This document shows, piece after piece, positions 59,142 to 64,000 of a DNA stretch of 64,000 nt. Under the pieces are notes generated by a model. That model made no database searches. It saw only the letters and a list, made by a program, of their open reading frames with translations, and had not been told where the DNA came from. The stretch lies in contig JBNKBE010000001.1 in NCBI GenBank assembly GCA_050287085.1, forward strand, positions 32,001-96,000. The letters run 5' to 3'. Every line of letters starts with the position of its first letter. Position 1 is the stretch's first letter. The translations under genes and the position numbers were made by a program. This stretch comes from Polyangiaceae bacterium. Its GTDB lineage: Bacteria > Myxococcota_A > Polyangia > Polyangiales > Polyangiaceae.

Positions 59142-60485
59142 ATGTCGTCCGCTTCCGTCTCAACCGACCCAGCCTGCCCCGTTTGTGGTGACACCCGAGG
59201 CCGCCCCATCGCAAGTCGCGTGCGCTTCGGCTACGCGCTATCGACCCAATGCTGCCTGCACTGCCCTACCGCCTACCGCAGTCCGCGCGCCCCGGACGCT
59301 GTCCTACTCGAGAACTACGAGAGCGAACGGCGCGCAGACCGCGCACGAGCCGCCCTATTCACCGATGAGGGTCCCATTCCCCCAAGCGACCCGCGCTACG
59401 CACGGGCACGTCGCGCCCGCGCGGAAGTCAGAGCCGTCAACGCCTTGCAGCTAAGCAACGCGCAGGCCGGCGATCACGTCCTGGACTTGGAGTGCGGCGA
59501 TGGCTTGGTTCTCACCGCAGCTCAAGAGCTCTTCGATATCGTTCCCTACGGCATCGAACCGTGTGCGGATCAACTGCCGGCCTTGAAGGCAGGGGGTGTG
59601 GCGGCGATACAACAGCCCATCGACAACCTGGACCCGGGCGTCCCATTCGCCGGACGGCCCGCACGAGGATTTGACCGGATCCTCGCGTTTCGGTCGCTGC
59701 AACGGGTACCGAATCCGGTGGCCCTGTTGATGCGCTGTCGAGAAGCGTTGGCGAAAGACGGAAAGCTTGTACTCGAGACAAGCAACCTCTCGCAACCCCA
59801 TGGCTCGCTGGAGGATAACTTCCTCCAACGCCAGGACCTGACGCTGTTCACCCTGCCCAGCCTGTGTGCGATTCTACGCCGGACCGGATACATCGTGGAG
59901 GAGTGCTACGAAGGGAAGATTCTCTACGTGGTGGCACGAAGGGACAGCCGTACCCTGAACCTGCCGCTCCCCTTCACCGAAGACCTCCTCGGCGAACAGC
60001 CACCGTCGGGGCAGGCCGTTGCGCAATGCCTCGCCACCTACGCCGCGATGGAGCAAACTCGACGAGAGATCAAAGCGCAAGGCCCCGATATGGACCGCCT
60101 CCACGCGCTCGTGCATCAGTTGATGCAACCAGCCTTTGTCCACCATGTGGTGGACTGCATTCTTGACCTCGTCGACTACTTCATGGGCCACGAAGCGTTG
60201 GGCCTAGCCTGCCTGGTAGCCACTGCGGCGTCGGAAGGGCCTTACCCTCAAGCGCTCAAGGCAGGGTTTGAACGACTCGCCCTCAGCATTCGGGCCTCCG
60301 CTGAGAACGGTCCACCCGATACCCACCTACAGGAGGCTACCTTGCGCGAACTGGACGCGGCTTCCGGCCCCGTTCAGAGCGCGATCGAAACCATTCGCCA
60401 CGAGTTCGTCCTCGAAGGTGCCATTGGACACTTCCCCGCTCTGCACGGTGAACGCACGGCGCGGAAGGGCGCCGGCGCTTCCTGA
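59142..60485 (+). CDS. Class I SAM-dependent methyltransferase-like protein with N-terminal Cys motifs
   Basis: CPVCG..CLHC; VLDLECGDG, YGIEP, FDRI..LQRVPNP, L..DGKLVLE. Confidence 0.75.
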   Translation: MSSASVSTDPACPVCGDTRGRPIASRVRFGYALSTQCCLHCPTAYRSPRAPDAVLLENYESERRADRARAALFTDEGPIPPSDPRYARARRARAEVRAVNALQLSNAQAGDHVLDLECGDGLVLTAAQELFDIVPYGIEPCADQLPALKAGGVAAIQQPIDNLDPGVPFAGRPARGFDRILAFRSLQRVPNPVALLMRCREALAKDGKLVLETSNLSQPHGSLEDNFLQRQDLTLFTLPSLCAILRRTGYIVEECYEGKILYVVARRDSRTLNLPLPFTEDLLGEQPPSGQAVAQCLATYAAMEQTRREIKAQGPDMDRLHALVHQLMQPAFVHHVVDCILDLVDYFMGHEALGLACLVATAASEGPYPQALKAGFERLALSIRASAENGPPDTHLQEATLRELDAASGPVQSAIETIRHEFVLEGAIGHFPALHGERTARKGAGAS

Positions 60486-60513
60486 GCCAAGCTAGGGCCC
60501 GCGAAGCTTGCAC

Positions 60514-60529
60514 CGGCCCCGCGGTTGCA
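60514..60529 (+). promoter_or_regulatory. Possible sigma54 promoter
   Basis: CGGCCCC-GCGG-TTGCA with correct GG-N10-GC spacing; weak -24 element. Confidence 0.3.
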
Positions 60530-60592
60530 TAGCTACCCAAGACGGAAACCTCATCCGGGTCCAAGGGGATGCAAACGTGCTATCGATTACCC

Positions 60593-62062
60593 ATGGCTGA
60601 CACTCGCAAACGCTCCGCCCTACGGTCCGTCCACTCCCCTATCAGCGGGTGCCTGAGTTTGCTTCTTGCCGCGACAGCCGCTTGCTCGAGCACGAAGAGC
60701 CCTGCCGACTTGAGCGGCCCCGAGTGCGAAGCACAGAAGACGCGACTGCTCGATCTGAACGCAGGGCTACCGGACGAAAGCACAACAACGCCCGTTCACG
60801 TGGCGCTGCCAACGGCGGGTCTACTTGGTACCATCGGTCAAGGTCCCGTTCTCGAGCTTGCAGAGTCGGGCGCTCTCCTGGACGGACAAGCCCTCCCCGG
60901 CGACAGTGTGGAATCCATCGCTGTTGCGCTCGCGCAAGCGTTGAAGGGGCGGGAGCAGGAAACGCTCTACGTCGCCGCGGCTTTTGACCTGGATATGACG
61001 CTGCTCTACCGCTTTCTGCAGGGGGTTCCCAAGCGACAGACGCTGAAGCTCGTCTTCACCTCGGCGAGCGCCGACGTGGCGCCGCCCAACGACGATGTGA
61101 CCTATGAACAAGCCGTGCGCGTCTTCAACGAAGCGAGCCCGTCCAAGCGGGAACAACTAGCCGAACAAGCCTTCGAAGCCTACTCGTCGTGCAACGCTCT
61201 AAACGACGCGGTCCATCAGGTACACGGTACTCCTCTCGCGGAACGCTGGAGACGACTGAAACCAAAGGTACAGCAGAGTTTGGCTCAATGCGAGTGCGGC
61301 GAACTCAACGCCCCGGCGCTTGAGTTCCTGCTCGTAGCTGAGCAGCGTGCCAATAGCGGTACGATGGGGGCGCTCAGCGCCAACTTCTTGCGAGATCCGC
61401 GCTGCGCAGCCACCATGCCACTGGCTACCACGCAGCAACTGTTGAAGGAGATCGAGAAGTTCGAAGAAGAGTTCTCTGGCGAATGGGAGGAAGACGCGCT
61501 GCGGTTTGAGAAGGTTGTTACGGAAGAACGACTCTTCAACTACCTATGTGTTGCCCTTCCGGGAGAAACCCTGGCCTTCTTGGAGAAAGAGTACGCAGAG
61601 CTCTATTGGAAGGTGCCAGGCAAGAGCGAATGCCAGACTTGGCGCTTCGAACCGCAGTCACGGGGCGCGCCCATGGGTACATGGCGTAGGGTCAGCCAAA
61701 ACTCGTCAGAGCCGGAGCTGGCCTTCCACTACCGCCAAGCCGCCGAAGAGCTGCGCCTCTTCGGGCCCGCCACAGCTGCGACCAGTGCCACGATGAGCGG
61801 CCCCTGGACTTGCGATCAAGACCTGCACATGAAAGGTGCAACGCCGGAATCCATCGTGCTCGAACAAGGCGGATGGTTTCTCTCGAAAGCGGAATGCGAC
61901 AAGGCACCCGCCTCAGCTGCGCTGAAGGGGTGCGCCGCAGAACTCGCCGCGGCGAACGATCCGGCCGCTGCCGTAGCGGCGATGACAGCAAACGCGGCCG
62001 TCGCGGGTGCCCAAACCACGACCGCACCCACCACGCCGGGGACCCCGGGCACGCACCCCTAA
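60593..62062 (+). CDS. Hypothetical Cys-rich lipoprotein
   Basis: Lipobox ATAAC; long ORF with host-like codon usage. Confidence 0.75.
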   Translation: MADTRKRSALRSVHSPISGCLSLLLAATAACSSTKSPADLSGPECEAQKTRLLDLNAGLPDESTTTPVHVALPTAGLLGTIGQGPVLELAESGALLDGQALPGDSVESIAVALAQALKGREQETLYVAAAFDLDMTLLYRFLQGVPKRQTLKLVFTSASADVAPPNDDVTYEQAVRVFNEASPSKREQLAEQAFEAYSSCNALNDAVHQVHGTPLAERWRRLKPKVQQSLAQCECGELNAPALEFLLVAEQRANSGTMGALSANFLRDPRCAATMPLATTQQLLKEIEKFEEEFSGEWEEDALRFEKVVTEERLFNYLCVALPGETLAFLEKEYAELYWKVPGKSECQTWRFEPQSRGAPMGTWRRVSQNSSEPELAFHYRQAAEELRLFGPATAATSATMSGPWTCDQDLHMKGATPESIVLEQGGWFLSKAECDKAPASAALKGCAAELAAANDPAAAVAAMTANAAVAGAQTTTAPTTPGTPGTHP

Positions 62063-62688
62063 GGGATTGCGGACGGTCCCCGTAGCCCGCCCGCCCGCGA
62101 CTTCAGGGCGCGCTCCTGCCAGGTTAGAAATACGGCAACGAGTCGACGGGCGAGCTCGGCGGATTCGACCACCTCCAGACAGGCTACCACCGCTTCAAAC
62201 GTGCTTAGGTAACCCAAAACCGGAGGCCGACGCAGCTGATCGAGCCGCTCGCTTGGCTCAAGGCGGATCGCGCGCGCCTCGCCGACCGCCGCCCGTCGCA
62301 CGAAGCGACGAGCCTGAGGCCAAGTGCCGTCCGGGACGATGATGCGCTGTGGAGGTCCATCGCTAGCCATAGCTGCCTCGGGGGTCAGGGCGTCGGGTTC
62401 TGGAAACAGCAGCCACGTCCTTGGCGTAGCGTGCAGCTGCGGCAAACCACTGCCCGCAAGCGACGGCGGCACCCCAAAAAGCGTAACGCGGGTATGCTCC
62501 AGGAGCAGCGGCAACAATCGTCCCGTGTTGGAAGGTCGAGACCAGTCGCGATAGTGCCCATAGATCTCGATGGTCGTTCGACAGGGGCTCCGCTGGAGCT
62601 CTGCGCAGAGGCATAACTCGACGCGAAGTCCACACCTGGGACAACGACGCGCGCGATAGCCCCGACCGGTGCACAATCGTCCAGACAT
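62059..62688 (-). CDS. DTW domain tRNA-uridine aminocarboxypropyltransferase
   Basis: RCPRC...LCLC, SNTGRL, LLFP, VPDGTW.QAR, LSTFEAV. Confidence 0.9.
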   Translation of the reverse strand: MSGRLCTGRGYRARRCPRCGLRVELCLCAELQRSPCRTTIEIYGHYRDWSRPSNTGRLLPLLLEHTRVTLFGVPPSLAGSGLPQLHATPRTWLLFPEPDALTPEAAMASDGPPQRIIVPDGTWPQARRFVRRAAVGEARAIRLEPSERLDQLRRPPVLGYLSTFEAVVACLEVVESAELARRLVAVFLTWQERALKSRAGGLRGPSAIP

Positions 62689-62704
62689 GGCGCGACTCCT
62701 CCCG

Positions 62705-64000
62705 TCACCGCTCTCGCCGCAAGCGCAGTGGCGTAACGACACCATATCGCTCGTGCGCAGCAGCCGCCTTGAGCGCGGCGGCGGGAGTCACTTGCCCACC
62801 GATAAGCTGCTTATAGGCCGCCAGGGTGCGCTGGACCTCATCCGCCCGCTCCCAGACAAACTCGACTCGAAAACGTCGAACGCCGCGCTCAAGCAGTCGG
62901 GGAACAAGGGGTGCCGCGCTCTGAGCAAAGGCGTTGAACACCGTATTGCGACAGGCTACGTCGACGACCACGGGATGCTCATGCCCGGCGTAGTCGCGCA
63001 AAGCCAGGCGGTGTTGCTCGCAGGGGCGCCCACAGCTCTGATAGTCGCTCCCCTGACTCAATAGGTGCGCATAGGTGCAGTGGGAGTTGTGAAACGTTGC
63101 GATGTGATGGTGGAGCGTTACAGCTACTCGTCCGGGAGGCACCGCGCTCAACAGGTCGAGCAACTGCTCAGCATCCAGGTCGTGAGAGGCCGTGACCGTG
63201 TCGAGTCCCAAACCCAGCAGATGCAGCGCCGTGAGCGAATTGGTCACGTTGAGCGAGAAGTCACCGTGCAAGCTAAACGCGTCGCGCTCGAGGCCGGCAC
63301 CTTCCTTCAGATGCTTCGAGAAGTGCATTAGCGCCCCCCAATGACGGACCAATACACCATCAGGTTCAAGCTTCGCGATGCGCCGATCGTAAGCCTCTTC
63401 CCCTGGCTTCTGCACGCGCACCGTAACTAGGGTGACCCTCAGACCCACTTCCCGCGCGCGGGCAACAGCCCGTCCCAGGCCAACCATCTCCATCCAGTCC
63501 AGTTCAACCTCGGCCCCCTCACCAAGGCCGCTGGCGATCACGGCCTCAAGCTGCTCAGTCGTTCGACACAGTGGCACCACTGCAGGCGAAGATGTGAGCG
63601 GGGAGCCGTCCCGCGCGAGTTCCGAGCGCAGCGCAGGCAGGCTAGGCTCGCGCGACGGCAGTACAGCCACCGGCCGCTCGAGCTGAACCTGCAGCTCATC
63701 AACAAGGACGCGACGCAGGTGCTTGAGCTCGGAAACGGGGAGATGAAGACCGTTCGGAAGGCCCTCGAGCTCAAGCTCCAAAAGGTAGAATGACGTTCCG
63801 CCCAAGGCCCCGAGCTTGTCGCGAAGGAGCCGGGCGTCGAGCCCCCGTCCCCCCTGCGCCAAGGCAAGCGGCGTATGACCCTCCGCCGTGGCGTTCACTA
63901 TTCGCTGCCCCCAAGAGGCCGTCCCAAAAACCCGTAGCGTTCGCCCTTCTCCGCCATGGACTCGGAGCACTAGGGGCCAGCGCCCCGCTTGGGTTTGAAG
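62705..64000 (-). CDS. U32 peptidase-family (RlhA-like, DUF3656) protein, C-terminal part; 5' end outside the window
   Basis: Frame open to the window end; LGGTSF, LPVSELKHLRR, GDFSLNVTN, T.S.DL, HC..CGRPC..LRD..CRNTVFN. Confidence 0.85.
   Translation of the reverse strand, partial: LQTQAGRWPLVLRVHGGEGRTLRVFGTASWGQRIVNATAEGHTPLALAQGGRGLDARLLRDKLGALGGTSFYLLELELEGLPNGLHLPVSELKHLRRVLVDELQVQLERPVAVLPSREPSLPALRSELARDGSPLTSSPAVVPLCRTTEQLEAVIASGLGEGAEVELDWMEMVGLGRAVARAREVGLRVTLVTVRVQKPGEEAYDRRIAKLEPDGVLVRHWGALMHFSKHLKEGAGLERDAFSLHGDFSLNVTNSLTALHLLGLGLDTVTASHDLDAEQLLDLLSAVPPGRVAVTLHHHIATFHNSHCTYAHLLSQGSDYQSCGRPCEQHRLALRDYAGHEHPVVVDVACRNTVFNAFAQSAAPLVPRLLERGVRRFRVEFVWERADEVQRTLAAYKQLIGGQVTPAAALKAAAAHERYGVVTPLRLRRER

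Noticed and set aside
62060..62100. Additional copy of the short element (TAAGGGATTGCGGACGG)
   Set aside because: Only the first ~15 nt resemble the consensus, and it lies within the DTW gene 3' end.

Overview
GC-rich bacterial chromosomal segment. The gene content (FHA-sigma54 activator, Ser/Thr kinase, Cys-rich lipoproteins, PilY1 cluster, squalene synthase) points to Myxococcota, probably Polyangiales (inference). It holds about 50 CDS: larC/larB, pmbA, scpA/scpB with very long repeat-rich tails, a site-2 protease, an orphan FliR/SctT, a type IV minor pilin-pilY1 operon, metG, thrC, rRNA/tRNA modification enzymes, and rplC and rplS outside their usual operons. There is also a three-gene FHA/vWA/ABC-transporter module. 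I recognised no tRNA, rRNA, CRISPR array or transposase. Most notable: (1) a predicted lipoprotein fusing two lamin-tail domains to a phospho-His plus ATP-grasp dikinase in glucan,water-dikinase order, behind its own sigma54-like promoter; (2) a sigma54 promoter plus candidate enhancer pointing at an unannotated 76-codon ORF or sRNA next to the FHA-activator/kinase pair; (3) the five-FHA vWA/ABC export module; (4) a short MITE/REP-like element directly after stop codons; (5) a recurrent leaderless-mRNA signature. All calls come from reading motifs by eye; no database search was run.
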